DNA from: a virus
Lineage: Duplodnaviria > Caudoviricetes
Strand: one strand, 5' to 3'
IMG/VR virus record: IMGVR_UViG_3300028840_001367
Location: 1-60,368 of that record
DNA: 60,368 nucleotides
Each line of letters begins with the position of its first letter. Within the stretch, counting starts at the first letter, position 1. The position numbers and the translations under genes were made by a program. This document shows positions 36,881 to 46,537 of the stretch, in pieces. The notes under the pieces were generated by a model that was not told where the DNA came from, ran no database searches, and saw nothing but the letters and a program-made list of their open reading frames with translations.

Positions 36881-37258
36881 GGTCTTTGCCTCTCAAGTCC
36901 TCACCACCAAAGGCAGCATTGAGTGCCTCAGCAATTGCAATCTGCTCTTGTGCGGTTTGGATCTTGCCAATGCCAAGCTGTCTGAGCAGTCTTTTGGCAC
37001 CAGCCAGAAAGTCTGGCACAAGCTCACTTGGTGATATTGGCCTTGTGCCTTTCTTACGGTTGGTGTTGAGCACAGCAGCAGCAGTGATTGCATTGGCAAG
37101 GTATACTGCTTGTGTCCCAATTGGCTCAATCTGGTCATAAGCACGCCACTCATCAAACTGCTGTGCAGACATGTTTGACAACATTGTGTCAACGTTGGAT
37201 TGACCCAAAGCCAGAGCCAGCTTGAGTGCAAAGCGTCTGCTTGGGTCTTGGGTCAGTT
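36873..37258 (-). CDS. Tail assembly chaperone, frameshifted extension (gpGT-like)
   Basis: The -1 frame from GGGAAAC reads KLTQDPSRRFALKLALALGQ...EWRAYDQIEPIG. Confidence 0.8.
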
Positions 37259-37702
37259 TCCCAGTGCCTCTGCTGCTGGCGTTGGCTCACCCTCATCCCT
37301 AATCATGCCAGAGAGACGCTGCACAGCTTGCGCAATCCGGTTGACAGCAGCACCAGACTTGGCAGCAAGCCAGTCAGCGTCTCTCTCTGCAAACATGGGT
37401 GACCCATCCTCATTGATTGCGCCAAAGACAGCAATCAGTGCTTGCAGCTTTGGAAACTCTGCAAAGGTCACATGAGCGTCTGTTGAGCCTCTGACAGTCA
37501 CCAGCAGCTTTTGCACTTTTGCACGCTCTGCTGCTGTCATCTCACGTATGCACACCACAGCAACAGCCTCAGCATTGCCAGACTGTTGCTGTGCTTGCGC
37601 ATCCCACTCAGGCACCCTCACACGGTCTGTTGCCAGCGTGGTCTGCTCAATCAAGTCCTTTGTGAGCACAAAAGAGTATGTCTGCTCTTGTTTCTTGGTC
37701 AT
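37253..37702 (-). CDS. Tail assembly chaperone (gpG-like)
   Basis: Between tail tube and TMP; ends ...LGN at the slippery site. Confidence 0.85.
   Translation of the reverse strand: MTKKQEQTYSFVLTKDLIEQTTLATDRVRVPEWDAQAQQQSGNAEAVAVVCIREMTAAERAKVQKLLVTVRGSTDAHVTFAEFPKLQALIAVFGAINEDGSPMFAERDADWLAAKSGAAVNRIAQAVQRLSGMIRDEGEPTPAAEALGN
37256..37262 (-). other. -1 programmed ribosomal frameshift site G GGA AAC
   Basis: XXXYYYZ heptamer immediately before the TAC stop, with an open -1 frame. Confidence 0.85.
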
Positions 37703-37762
37703 GGTTGACTCTCCTCTATTCTGATATTGTCAGTGCGTGCTTGGCTCTGCTCTGAGGCAGTG

Positions 37763-38197
37763 TTATGCCAGACTCACGCTGTCACTAATGCGCAAGGTGA
37801 TTGCAGCAGTCAGCTTGCCAACTGCTGGTGCTGCTGGTGTGATGGTCTTGACGTATGCTGAAAAGGTCCAAGTGGTACCACCAGCGTCGGGCCAGACAAG
37901 CTGCCAGTTGCGCAAGGTGCCATCATCCCAGTCTTTGAGCATACCAGAGGTATACCCATGCGTGGTCTCTGTGGGCACCCAGTCAACGTCAAGCGTGACT
38001 TGCCCACCACGCTTGACCCCAACGATCCACTCATCCCAACCAGACCCGTCATGGTGCGTGGTCTCATACTCCTCACGGTCAAGTGGTGGTGGGTTGAGAT
38101 TGGTGACGTTGGCAACAGCAGTGAAACTCTCTGGTGTGCCACCATCCCCAATCTTGAGCAAGGTACCATATGCGTCAATAGCTGTGCTCTGTGTCAT
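37763..38197 (-). CDS. Major tail tube protein
   Basis: GTLLKIGDGGTPE.F, E.T.HD..GW.E.I.G.K.GG. Confidence 0.9.
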   Translation of the reverse strand: MTQSTAIDAYGTLLKIGDGGTPESFTAVANVTNLNPPPLDREEYETTHHDGSGWDEWIVGVKRGGQVTLDVDWVPTETTHGYTSGMLKDWDDGTLRNWQLVWPDAGGTTWTFSAYVKTITPAAPAVGKLTAAITLRISDSVSLA

Positions 38198-38248
38198 TGT
38201 CGTGCTCTCCTCTCAAAAAGTTGTCTGCTCTCAAGCTGCTGGCAGTGC

Positions 38249-38584
38249 CTATGGGATCTTGAGCACTGCAATCTTGACGTTGGCGTCTGCACAAGTGATC
38301 TGGATTGTACCACCAGACCCTTTCCAACCCACAGTTGGAAACATTTGTGTCACTGCATATGCGTCTGGTGCAAGAGCAACCGTTGAGTCACCCTGTCTGC
38401 CATGTGGACAGTCAACAGACTCAATGGTGACGGTTGGGGTGCCAGCACCATCATTGCGCAACATGACAATCTCTTTGCCAGTGCTGGCAAAGGTGTCATT
38501 GGTCCCGCTGGCAGTGTTCCATGTGGGTGTGCTTGGTGTGGTGCCATACGCTGCTGGTAAGGTTGTAACTGTCAATGCTGCCAT
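38249..38584 (-). CDS. Small virion-associated beta-sandwich protein
   Basis: In structural operon; Thr/Gly-rich. Confidence 0.65.
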   Translation of the reverse strand: MAALTVTTLPAAYGTTPSTPTWNTASGTNDTFASTGKEIVMLRNDGAGTPTVTIESVDCPHGRQGDSTVALAPDAYAVTQMFPTVGWKGSGGTIQITCADANVKIAVLKIP

Positions 38585-38601
38585 GTCAACGTTCTCCTCT
38601 C

Positions 38602-39024
38602 TCAGTCTGTGAGGTACTCATACATGAACTCGTATTCTGCTATCATACGCCACTTGTCAACACCAGTCTCTCTGACTGGTCTGCCTGACAACCGTCTGCA
38701 ACTGGTGATTATAGTATCACTCACAGGATGCCTCTTGAGAGGTGTAAACAATCTGTCAAGCTCTTTTGCAAGCTGCTCACACTCAGAGTATGAGTCAGCA
38801 TAAGAGTCTATCTGCCAGCGTGAGGTGTACAGACCATTGCCACCACGGTTGTCACTCTCACCAGGGTGCACACGGTCTTGGTTGTCTGAGACACCAACAT
38901 GCACCGTGCATGGGTACCCTGGTGTCTCTGGCAACTCAGCAAGGTATGCTCTGTCATCAATGAGAGCAGAGACGCCATTGCTTTGCTCAGTCTGCAAAGT
39001 CTTGATTGCTGTTGCAATGCTCAC
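38602..39024 (-). CDS. Tail terminator (DUF3168-like)
   Basis: R.Y...P....YP, RWQIDSYA.SY. Confidence 0.8.
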   Translation of the reverse strand: MSIATAIKTLQTEQSNGVSALIDDRAYLAELPETPGYPCTVHVGVSDNQDRVHPGESDNRGGNGLYTSRWQIDSYADSYSECEQLAKELDRLFTPLKRHPVSDTIITSCRRLSGRPVRETGVDKWRMIAEYEFMYEYLTD

Positions 39025-39500
39025 CTTGCTGCTCTCCTCACATATGGTCTCAGAGCCTTGGCAACAAACTTGGGCACCTCATCCTTGGTGCTCTCAACTG
39101 CTGGTCTGAGGTATGGTCTGGCTGGTATCTTGATCTCATCACTCAGAGCCAGAGCAAGCCAAAGGTCATTGCCAGTGCGTCTGTGCATGTACCAAAAGTA
39201 AGCTCTTGCCTTGTCTGTCACTGGTATGGTGCCACCAAACTCATGGATGGCAGCATACACAACAGAAAACTCAACGTCAACTCTGTACTGGTTGATCTTG
39301 TTGACCTTGCCAGAGTCATACAAGTCACCAGACAAAAAAAGCTGCTGGTCAAGCAAGTTTTGGCGTGCCTCCTCAAGCACAACGTCTGCACCCTCTGTCA
39401 GAGCCTCTGCCAAGTGCCCTTGGGGTGATACTGACATTGCAACAGCCTTGAGCTTTTGATTGAGTTGCTTGACGCCAACTGGTTGAGTTGCCTTGACCAT
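39021..39500 (-). CDS. HK97 gp10-like neck/tail completion protein
   Basis: SGDL..S, YAAIHEFGG, IPARPYLRPA. Confidence 0.85.
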   Translation of the reverse strand: MVKATQPVGVKQLNQKLKAVAMSVSPQGHLAEALTEGADVVLEEARQNLLDQQLFLSGDLYDSGKVNKINQYRVDVEFSVVYAAIHEFGGTIPVTDKARAYFWYMHRRTGNDLWLALALSDEIKIPARPYLRPAVESTKDEVPKFVAKALRPYVRRAAR

Positions 39501-39506
39501 GCATCC

Positions 39507-40286
39507 TCATTTTACGGGCCAACCGCTTGACCTGTCCAACTCATACCATTGTGCAGTAAAAGTTGCTACAATGTCATCTGCTTGAGCCTTGATAAAACCA
39601 CAGTACAAGGTATCATATGTTAGCTCAAACTCCTCAAGGTCAGTTGCCTGAGTTGGAATTGTAAATCTGTTTGTGGTTGACCCACCAAGAAAACGTTGCA
39701 GCAGAGTTGCATTGGTGGTTGTGATTGCAGCACCAATGGTGACTCTGTTTGCATTGCCAGCAACAGATCTCAAGGTTGACGTTACAGGATCGATCCTGTA
39801 TCTGTTGACTGGTGTTATCTCTGTACCACCAGTGATCTCTGGGTTCTCCCAGTACTCAAAAAGTGCTTGACCCGTTGCAGCACCAATGCCAACAATATGG
39901 ATCTCTGCTGTGCTTGTAACTGGTGTTCTAAAACAGATTGACAGCAACTCATCAGTGTCAAGGTCTGGGTCAGTTGTGTCAACCCTAAAAGTGTTTGCCT
40001 CATGTACTTGGTAGTGCTCCCAAGATATGTTGACAAGAGCACCAGCATGGTGGTCTGCTAAAAGTGGTATAGGTGTTGGCGTGGCACCAAGGATTGACCA
40101 AGGCAGACCATACACTAGTTGCTCACCACCACCCCAGTTGGCAATAGGTGTACCACCAACAGATTGAGCCTCAATCTGCACTGGCTCTGCCTCTTGAGCA
40201 GTACCTTGCCAAGCCAGCAGACCAAGCAAGGCCAATGCTGCAATGACCAAGGCAACCATGACTGACTTGTATACTTTGTCTCTCAT
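39507..40286 (-). CDS. Signal-anchored protein in the virion operon
   Basis: N-terminal TM; module AQS..WGGG.QLV.G..TP.P shared with 40300-41328. Confidence 0.75.
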   Translation of the reverse strand: MRDKVYKSVMVALVIAALALLGLLAWQGTAQEAEPVQIEAQSVGGTPIANWGGGEQLVYGLPWSILGATPTPIPLLADHHAGALVNISWEHYQVHEANTFRVDTTDPDLDTDELLSICFRTPVTSTAEIHIVGIGAATGQALFEYWENPEITGGTEITPVNRYRIDPVTSTLRSVAGNANRVTIGAAITTTNATLLQRFLGGSTTNRFTIPTQATDLEEFELTYDTLYCGFIKAQADDIVATFTAQWYELDRSSGWPVK

Positions 40287-40299
40287 TGCTCACCCTCTC

Positions 40300-41328
40300 T
40301 CAGTCTGCAACAATGTGCCCAATAGCAGTGACCTTGAAACTGTCAACACTGGTCAAGTCATCTTGTATAATGAATTGCAACTCATCTCTGCCATTGTCAG
40401 TGCCAGTACCAGCAGTTGACCCCCTGAGACGAATTGTGACACCATAATTGCCAACCAAGTCTGCAACACCTCTCACACCATACGCACCACCACCAGACTT
40501 GTCATGATACGTCACAGTGCCAATGAGCAAGGCAAGGTCACCATTGGTCTTAATGTTGCCAAGGTTGCCAAGGTACCCGGTCAGACCGTCTTGCTTGCGC
40601 ATATACACACCACGTGACAAGGCAGCTTGGTCACAAAACTTGCTATCGTCTGGCTCTGTCCCACAGATCATTGAGATATTAAAACCAGTCACGTCAAAGT
40701 CTGACCCTGGTGGTGGGTGAGTGATGAGCACTTGCCTTGTGCCAGAGCCATCAATAGCAAGCTCTGTGCTTATCACCTCAACTGTGGTGCCAATAGGCCA
40801 AGGCAGCCTGACAGCACGGTCAAGGCTCAAAATACCGTCTGCAACAGTGACAACGTGAGCAACTGACCAAGTTGTTGAGAACGTATCATAATTACTTATG
40901 TATACAGTGTCACTGGCAACTATGCCATGTGTGGCAGTTGGCTCAACAGATACAGTGTACTCACCAACAATGCCAATCTCAGCAAGGGTTGCAGTGACGC
41001 CAGTATGAGCATGAAAGGGGATAGCAAAGGCAGAGCTTGTCTGGTCTTGGATATACACGTCAAGTGCACCATATGCACCACCAGCTTGAGCAGACAGCTT
41101 GAAAGGCACTGGCGTGAGGCTGGTGTCAACCACACCCCACACAAGCTGGTTGCCACCACCAGACCATGCTGACTGTGCACTGACTTGCATGGGAGTTGGG
41201 GTCACCAGCACAGTGCTGGCAATGTTGAGAGCATAGCTTGATCCAATCAAGAGCAGCACAACTGCCAGCATGATGACAATTGCCAGCAGCAGTCTGCTTT
41301 GCTTGCTTTGCTCAGTCTTTTGAGTCAT
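40300..41328 (-). CDS. Signal-anchored protein in the virion operon
   Basis: N-terminal TM; shared module; beta-rich C-domain. Confidence 0.75.
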   Translation of the reverse strand: MTQKTEQSKQSRLLLAIVIMLAVVLLLIGSSYALNIASTVLVTPTPMQVSAQSAWSGGGNQLVWGVVDTSLTPVPFKLSAQAGGAYGALDVYIQDQTSSAFAIPFHAHTGVTATLAEIGIVGEYTVSVEPTATHGIVASDTVYISNYDTFSTTWSVAHVVTVADGILSLDRAVRLPWPIGTTVEVISTELAIDGSGTRQVLITHPPPGSDFDVTGFNISMICGTEPDDSKFCDQAALSRGVYMRKQDGLTGYLGNLGNIKTNGDLALLIGTVTYHDKSGGGAYGVRGVADLVGNYGVTIRLRGSTAGTGTDNGRDELQFIIQDDLTSVDSFKVTAIGHIVAD

Positions 41329-41343
41329 CTTGACACCTCACTG

Positions 41344-41727
41344 TCAATCTGTGCTCTCAGACACTCGCTCAAGTCCGGCTATGACAAGCTCTGCTCTTTT
41401 GCGTCTGGACGTGGTAAGCTCTGCAATCCTAAAAGGGCCATCAAGTACGTGGTCTGTCTCAAGTGTAACATACTTGACACGGTCTGTCAATACAATCTCA
41501 GTGCCAGACCCCAAGTCACCAACGTCCTTTGGGTCAAGGGCAAGCAGATAGTCATACTCAACTGGTCTGCCAAGGGCACTGTCTGCTGCTGTCTGTCCAG
41601 CCTCAATCAGACGACAACGAAAGCTTGACCAGTCAGACCATGTCTCAACGTCCTCACCAGCCTCACCACGCTCAATGGTGACCCTCTGTACAAGGCAACT
41701 GTGTATGAGCCATCTGTGCAGTCTCAT
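41344..41727 (-). CDS. Head closure/head-tail joining protein
   Basis: ATG 41727 after GAGGAG; H.C.VQR......GE....W......CRL. Confidence 0.7.
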   Translation of the reverse strand: MRLHRWLIHSCLVQRVTIERGEAGEDVETWSDWSSFRCRLIEAGQTAADSALGRPVEYDYLLALDPKDVGDLGSGTEIVLTDRVKYVTLETDHVLDGPFRIAELTTSRRKRAELVIAGLERVSESTD

Positions 41728-41744
41728 TGGCTTGCTCCTCTTGT

Positions 41745-41782
41745 CTCTGTGAAAACAACCATGCCAGATTGGGTGCTTTTCT
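41745..41782 (-). repeat. Dispersed repeat R, copy 3
   Basis: Core at 41764-41782; left edge of the glycosyltransferase cassette. Confidence 0.95.
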
Positions 41783-41791
41783 GGCTGGTGC

Positions 41792-42673
41792 TCAACTCGC
41801 TTGGCTTGTCTGGTATGTGTCCCAAAGGTGCTGCCAGAAAGTGTCTGGTGCCTCTGCCAGAGCGTCTTGCCAATCCTCAAGTGTCTGCCAACCATAGGAC
41901 AGTGAGCCAACGTTGTCATTGTAGACTGGCGTGCACCCTGACAAGATACCCTCTGCTGACACTCTGCCAAAAGGCTCAAGGTCTGCTGGCATAAACACCA
42001 GAGCACCAGCTTGACGTGACAAGAAAGCTGGCACCGTCTCTGGCTTGAGGGTACCCATGTCTCTGAGGTACAAGTACTCACTCAAGTCACCCCAACCATA
42101 ACAGTCAATCTTGACGCTGTGCTCTTTTGCCCAAGCATCCATGTCTGCCAGACCCTTGTGAGCACCAAACTCACCCAAGTACACAAAGACATCATCTGGT
42201 GAGCACTCTTTGTCAAAATGCTCAAGGCAACTGTACTTGTCAAGGTCAAAGGCTGGTGGGCACACCAGAGCCTCTGGCAGCGTGGTCTGCCAAGCTGACT
42301 CAAAGCCAGTCTTGTGCAGAGGTGACAAAAAGACGTGACTGGCAGCCTGCTCAATGAGCCTCTTGTACACCCTGGTCTGCCAACGCTCAGTGTGCTGCCA
42401 AAAGTCATGAGCGTATATGACAAAGGGTACGTCTGTGAGCTTGCCAAGTTGGGGTGCACTGAATTGCCTGACATTGTTGAGCACCACAAGCACTTGCTCT
42501 GGTATGATCTTGACGTGGTCAAGGTTGTCAGGGTACACCTCAAGCACGTTGCACCAATCTGGTGCTCTCTCAATCATGAGGGTGTTTGTCATCTGTGCAC
42601 CACCAAGACGGTCACTCAATCTGTGGTCATGTGCCCAAACAACTGTGATCTTGTCACTGCCTGTCTCAAGCAT
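41792..42673 (-). CDS. Glycosyltransferase, GT-B (GT4-like)
   Basis: GGAQ, HDFW, HKG, EPFGRVSAEGILSGC. Confidence 0.85.
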   Translation of the reverse strand: MLETGSDKITVVWAHDHRLSDRLGGAQMTNTLMIERAPDWCNVLEVYPDNLDHVKIIPEQVLVVLNNVRQFSAPQLGKLTDVPFVIYAHDFWQHTERWQTRVYKRLIEQAASHVFLSPLHKTGFESAWQTTLPEALVCPPAFDLDKYSCLEHFDKECSPDDVFVYLGEFGAHKGLADMDAWAKEHSVKIDCYGWGDLSEYLYLRDMGTLKPETVPAFLSRQAGALVFMPADLEPFGRVSAEGILSGCTPVYNDNVGSLSYGWQTLEDWQDALAEAPDTFWQHLWDTYQTSQAS

Positions 42674-43616
42674 TGGTATGCTCTCCTCTCAAAAGCTCAA
42701 AGGCTCTGCCAATCACTGCAATGTGTGTATACTGCTCAAGTGCTAGATTGTGACCACGTCTGGCAACAGTCTCTCTCAACTCATTGTTGACAAGCCAAAA
42801 GCGCACTTGCTCAACCAAGTGTGCAAAGTCAAGCCAAGCAACTGCTGTACCTTGTGGCATAAGGTCATAAAAGCCAGCAAAGTACTCTGCCAGATAGAAT
42901 GCACCACACCCAAGAGCGTACACCATACGGTCTGAGCTATAGTGTGCAACTTGGTTGGTTGCACACATGCCAATCACAATCTTGCACTGTGAGTAAAACT
43001 CAGCAAGGTCTGACCCATAACAGCCAGACTGCACAATCTGCATTGTGCTGCCAAGATAGTCTTGCAGTCTCAAGAGCACCTCAGTGCGTCTCTTGTGCAA
43101 AGGATGGCTCATGCCACCAACAAAGCCAACGTCAACGGTCTTGGGTATGTCCAGAGGGTGCAACACGTCTGGCACATAGAATTGAGGCAGAAAGTATGCA
43201 GAGGGTATCTGGTATGCAAGCTGGTACTCACTGAGTTGTGCAGTGTTGACCAAAAAGAGCACGTCAATCAGACCGTGCACGCTCTCAGGGTTGATCACTG
43301 GTCTCTTGATGGGCCAATCAGAGTCAACACCCTCTGGTGCTCTCAAGTCAACAAAGTGGTACACCACGGTCTCTGGCTTGGGGTGACGTTGACAGTACCA
43401 TGTCAAAAACACAAGACCCTCTTTGGCTCTGACCCACCACAGAGAGGCACCAAAGTCTGCAAGCTCTGCCTCTGTCTGCTCAAAAGACCAGTCTGCTGCT
43501 CTCACGTCGATTGGCAGACAAGGGTGCCCAAAGTGCTCAAAGGCTCTCAGCAGACCATCATACTCTCTGCCAGCAGTCACAGTGCCAAGGTCACCAAAGA
43601 GTGCAATCCTGGTCAT
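42666..43616 (-). CDS. Glycosyltransferase, CgeB/Glyco_trans_1_2-like
   Basis: DVGFVG, Y.SDRM..ALGCGAF.L, E.RE.VA.RG......YT. Confidence 0.85.
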   Translation of the reverse strand: MTRIALFGDLGTVTAGREYDGLLRAFEHFGHPCLPIDVRAADWSFEQTEAELADFGASLWWVRAKEGLVFLTWYCQRHPKPETVVYHFVDLRAPEGVDSDWPIKRPVINPESVHGLIDVLFLVNTAQLSEYQLAYQIPSAYFLPQFYVPDVLHPLDIPKTVDVGFVGGMSHPLHKRRTEVLLRLQDYLGSTMQIVQSGCYGSDLAEFYSQCKIVIGMCATNQVAHYSSDRMVYALGCGAFYLAEYFAGFYDLMPQGTAVAWLDFAHLVEQVRFWLVNNELRETVARRGHNLALEQYTHIAVIGRAFELLRGEHTNA

Positions 43617-44344
43617 AGCAGTGTCTCAGAGTGCAACCAAGCAGTGCCATACTTGTCAGTGAGCAACTCTCTGGCTTTGGCCTTGTACCTCTCAAGGTCA
43701 ATCTTGAGCAGCTTGGTGGTCTGCTTGTGCAAGTGCCTGACAAGTACACCAGTGTGCACTGCCAGCTTGAGACCGTGCTGCCTGAGTCTCATGCAATAGT
43801 CATCATCTTCACCATAGACAAAAAAGTCCTCACAGAGATTGCCAACCACGTCAACCACGTCTGCTGGCAACAGCACACAAGTCATTGGCACCATTGGCAG
43901 ACCGTGCAAGGCAACGTCAATCACCTCAAGCTGGCGGTATTGGTCCCAACGCTGCCAGTACACAGACTGGTCTGGTGCTGTGGTCAGAGCAGAGACAATG
44001 CCAACTTGATCGTCTGCCTCAAGAGCGTCAACCAGCATGGTGAGCCAGTCAGGGTGAGTGATCTGGCAGTCATTGTTGAGCAGCAAGATATACTCACCCT
44101 CACAGAGCGTGAGAGCGTGGTTGACTGCCTTGGCAAAACCTTGGTTATACTCATGTAGTACCAATTTGACTGTTGCAGTGCTGGCGTCAAGCCTCTCAAG
44201 GTACTGCACTGCCAGACGGTCACTTGAGCCATTGTCAACAATGACCAACTCATATGGTGCCTCAGTGTACTTGGCAATGCTGTCAACCAAGTCTCTGGTC
44301 AACTGCCAAGTCTCATGTTGTAGGATGACAATACTTGTCAGCAT
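43613..44344 (-). CDS. Glycosyltransferase family 2
   Basis: VIVDNGSSD, N.GFAKAVN, LLNND, YGEDDDYC.R. Confidence 0.9.
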   Translation of the reverse strand: MLTSIVILQHETWQLTRDLVDSIAKYTEAPYELVIVDNGSSDRLAVQYLERLDASTATVKLVLHEYNQGFAKAVNHALTLCEGEYILLLNNDCQITHPDWLTMLVDALEADDQVGIVSALTTAPDQSVYWQRWDQYRQLEVIDVALHGLPMVPMTCVLLPADVVDVVGNLCEDFFVYGEDDDYCMRLRQHGLKLAVHTGVLVRHLHKQTTKLLKIDLERYKAKARELLTDKYGTAWLHSETLL

Positions 44345-45510
44345 AGCTCTGCCTCAATCTTTGTGAGTAGTGGCAACCAATCACGCTGCCAGATGACAGA
44401 CCAGTCAAAGTGATTGCGTATAATGTTGGTGGCAGTTTGTGCCAAGCACTCTGCTGTCTCACTGTGTCTGGCATCATACTCTTGCTCAATGGCAGCAACA
44501 AAGCCAGAGACGCTTGGCACTGCATACCAGCCCATGAGCTTGCCCCACACCATCTGGTCATAGGGCACACACTGACCATTGTACACAAGCTCTGGCATAC
44601 TTGAGACCCTGGTTGCCAGTACTGGCAGACCACACGCTTGAGCCTCAGTGACTGGCACACCAAAACCCTCACCACGTGTTGGCATGAGCAGCAAGTCACT
44701 GGCAGAGTATATCTTTGCCATGTGCTCAGCACTGTACCCTTGCTCATGCTGTGCACGGTCTGCCAGTATCACCCTTGACTCAATGCCAAGGGTCTTGGCA
44801 ATGGTGCTCAAGCTCACTCCTCTGGTAAATTCATGGTCACAGTGACAGTACAAGTACAAGTCTGGTATATTGTCTCTGTGCAGCAGAGTGTTGAGTATCT
44901 GCATTGCCTCTGGGTACCCTTTTCTGCTGGGCCAAGAGACGTTGCTTGAGACCATCGTCATGACAAAAGCGTCTTGCTGCCAACCAAGCTGAGCACGTGA
45001 CTCTTGCTTGCCTTGTGGCACAAAGACGCTTGTGTCAACACCAATGGGTATGTGTCTGGCTTGCAGACCCTCAGCAACCAACTGCTGCTGACCCCATCTT
45101 GAGTATGAGACCAGTATGTCAGTCTGCTTTGCCATGCGTATCACACGGTCACTTGGTGGTGTGTGGTCAATTGGCAACCAGTTGAGCCAAGGCATTGCCA
45201 GTGCCTCTGCATAGTCGTCTGGCACATGCCAGTTGTCGTGCATACCCAAGACAAGGTGAGCACCAAAGTCTTGTGCATACGCTCTGACCGTCTCACCACG
45301 CCAACGCAAGGTGTCATCATGGGGTGTTGGGTACCACGTCACACCACCAACATTGAGCTTTGCACCCTCAAGGCCAAAGTTGGCATAACCAGCAACAGCA
45401 AAACCAGACTCTTGCAGCAACTCGCTCAAGTGCTTTGCCATGATGCCATACCCACTATTGCACCATGCCATGTTGCTGACAAGCAGTACTCTCAACTCTC
45501 TCTCAGGCAT
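44338..45510 (-). CDS. Glycosyltransferase family 4
   Basis: SGYG, GVDT.VF, RKG, GEGFGVPVTEAQACGLPV. Confidence 0.9.
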   Translation of the reverse strand: MPERELRVLLVSNMAWCNSGYGIMAKHLSELLQESGFAVAGYANFGLEGAKLNVGGVTWYPTPHDDTLRWRGETVRAYAQDFGAHLVLGMHDNWHVPDDYAEALAMPWLNWLPIDHTPPSDRVIRMAKQTDILVSYSRWGQQQLVAEGLQARHIPIGVDTSVFVPQGKQESRAQLGWQQDAFVMTMVSSNVSWPSRKGYPEAMQILNTLLHRDNIPDLYLYCHCDHEFTRGVSLSTIAKTLGIESRVILADRAQHEQGYSAEHMAKIYSASDLLLMPTRGEGFGVPVTEAQACGLPVLATRVSSMPELVYNGQCVPYDQMVWGKLMGWYAVPSVSGFVAAIEQEYDARHSETAECLAQTATNIIRNHFDWSVIWQRDWLPLLTKIEAELC

Positions 45511-45572
45511 TGGTATGCTCTCCTCTCACGCTGTTCTGACAGCTTGGATTGTCAACAGATTGGCAGCAAGCC

Positions 45573-45608
45573 AGAAAAGCACCCAATCTGGTTTGGATGC
45601 CTCACAGG
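45573..45608 (+). repeat. Dispersed repeat R, copy 4 (inverted relative to copy 3)
   Basis: Core at 45573-45591; right edge of the glycosyltransferase cassette; on the minus strand it forms a 9-bp stem plus UUUCU. Confidence 0.95.
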
Positions 45609-45623
45609 GTTGCTCTGTACACC

Positions 45624-46046
45624 TCAACCAGTGCTTGTGCCAATCTCATCATATGCACTGAAAACTGTACGGAATTGTGCACGCTTTCTACCCTTGGCAA
45701 AGTCTGCCAAGATACCACTTGAGTCAAGCACAATGGCTTGCTGTCCGTAAAAGGTTGCCTCAAGTCCCATGTCAGTCTTGCCTTGGTACTTGATCTGAAA
45801 GTCTCTGGCAACACGCTCCTCAGAGGCTCTTGGGTCTTTGAGTGAGCAATAGTGAGCAGACAGCAAAAGCTCAATGTACTCAAGCGTTGCCTCTGGCAAG
45901 CCACCAGTACCAGCAAGGTCAAGCTGCACAATGAGTTGGTGTGCCAAGTTTATGCAGACATTGATCTCTGAGTCACTCAAGTCAGTCTCAAAGATCTCTC
46001 TCACCTCATCTGCTGTGACTCTGGCACCAGCAACCAAGTCTGCCAT
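45624..46046 (-). CDS. Head-tail adaptor (DUF4054-like)
   Basis: IE..LSAH, GL..T.YGQQA..LD.SG.L. Confidence 0.75.
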   Translation of the reverse strand: MADLVAGARVTADEVREIFETDLSDSEINVCINLAHQLIVQLDLAGTGGLPEATLEYIELLLSAHYCSLKDPRASEERVARDFQIKYQGKTDMGLEATFYGQQAIVLDSSGILADFAKGRKRAQFRTVFSAYDEIGTSTG

Positions 46047-46450
46047 TATTCTGCCTCAGTGCTCTCTGCCTTTGGCTCTGCCTTTGGCTCTGCCTTTGGC
46101 TCTGCCTTTGGCTCTGCCTTTGGCTTGGTTGAGCGTGAGCGTGAGCGTGGCTTTGGCTTTGGCTTTGGCTCTGGTATGCCAAGTGCCTCACGACACACAG
46201 AGAGCACCTCAGCACGCTCTTTTGTGGCTTGCTCAAGCGTCATGACTGCTTTGGCGTCAAGTGCACCCTCACCAACCCAAGCTGCCAGTCTTGCACCGTC
46301 TTGGCTCATGACAAAGTCTGCTGTGATTGGGACAGGGTCAAACTTGTCACCAAAAGCGTCAACTTCAGCTTGGTTGGCAACATAGTACTCACCACCAACC
46401 AGCTTGCCAGACATGTGCCTGAGACCCTCTTTGATCTGTACTAGTGGCAT
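46046..46450 (-). CDS. Hypothetical protein after MCP with a low-complexity PKAE tail
   Basis: RBS GAGGAG; (EPKA)n. Confidence 0.75.
   Translation of the reverse strand: MPLVQIKEGLRHMSGKLVGGEYYVANQAEVDAFGDKFDPVPITADFVMSQDGARLAAWVGEGALDAKAVMTLEQATKERAEVLSVCREALGIPEPKPKPKPRSRSRSTKPKAEPKAEPKAEPKAEPKAESTEAE
46064..46123. repeat. 12-bp tandem repeat CTCTGCCTTTGG x5
   Basis: Encodes PKAE repeats. Confidence 0.9.
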
Positions 46451-46537
46451 TATAATGCTCCTCTCTCAGTCAGTTGTACTGCTGCAAAGGTCTGGTCTGG
46501 TCAGAGCCAGACCCTTGCTTACAGTCTACGCTGTGTG

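Noticed and set aside
37256-37262. Tail chaperone frameshift as a novelty
   Set aside because: Real but a well-known feature of long-tailed phages.
41728-42081. N-terminal extension of the head-closure ORF to 42081
   Set aside because: It overlaps the glycosyltransferase and repeat R; the RBS supports ATG 41727.
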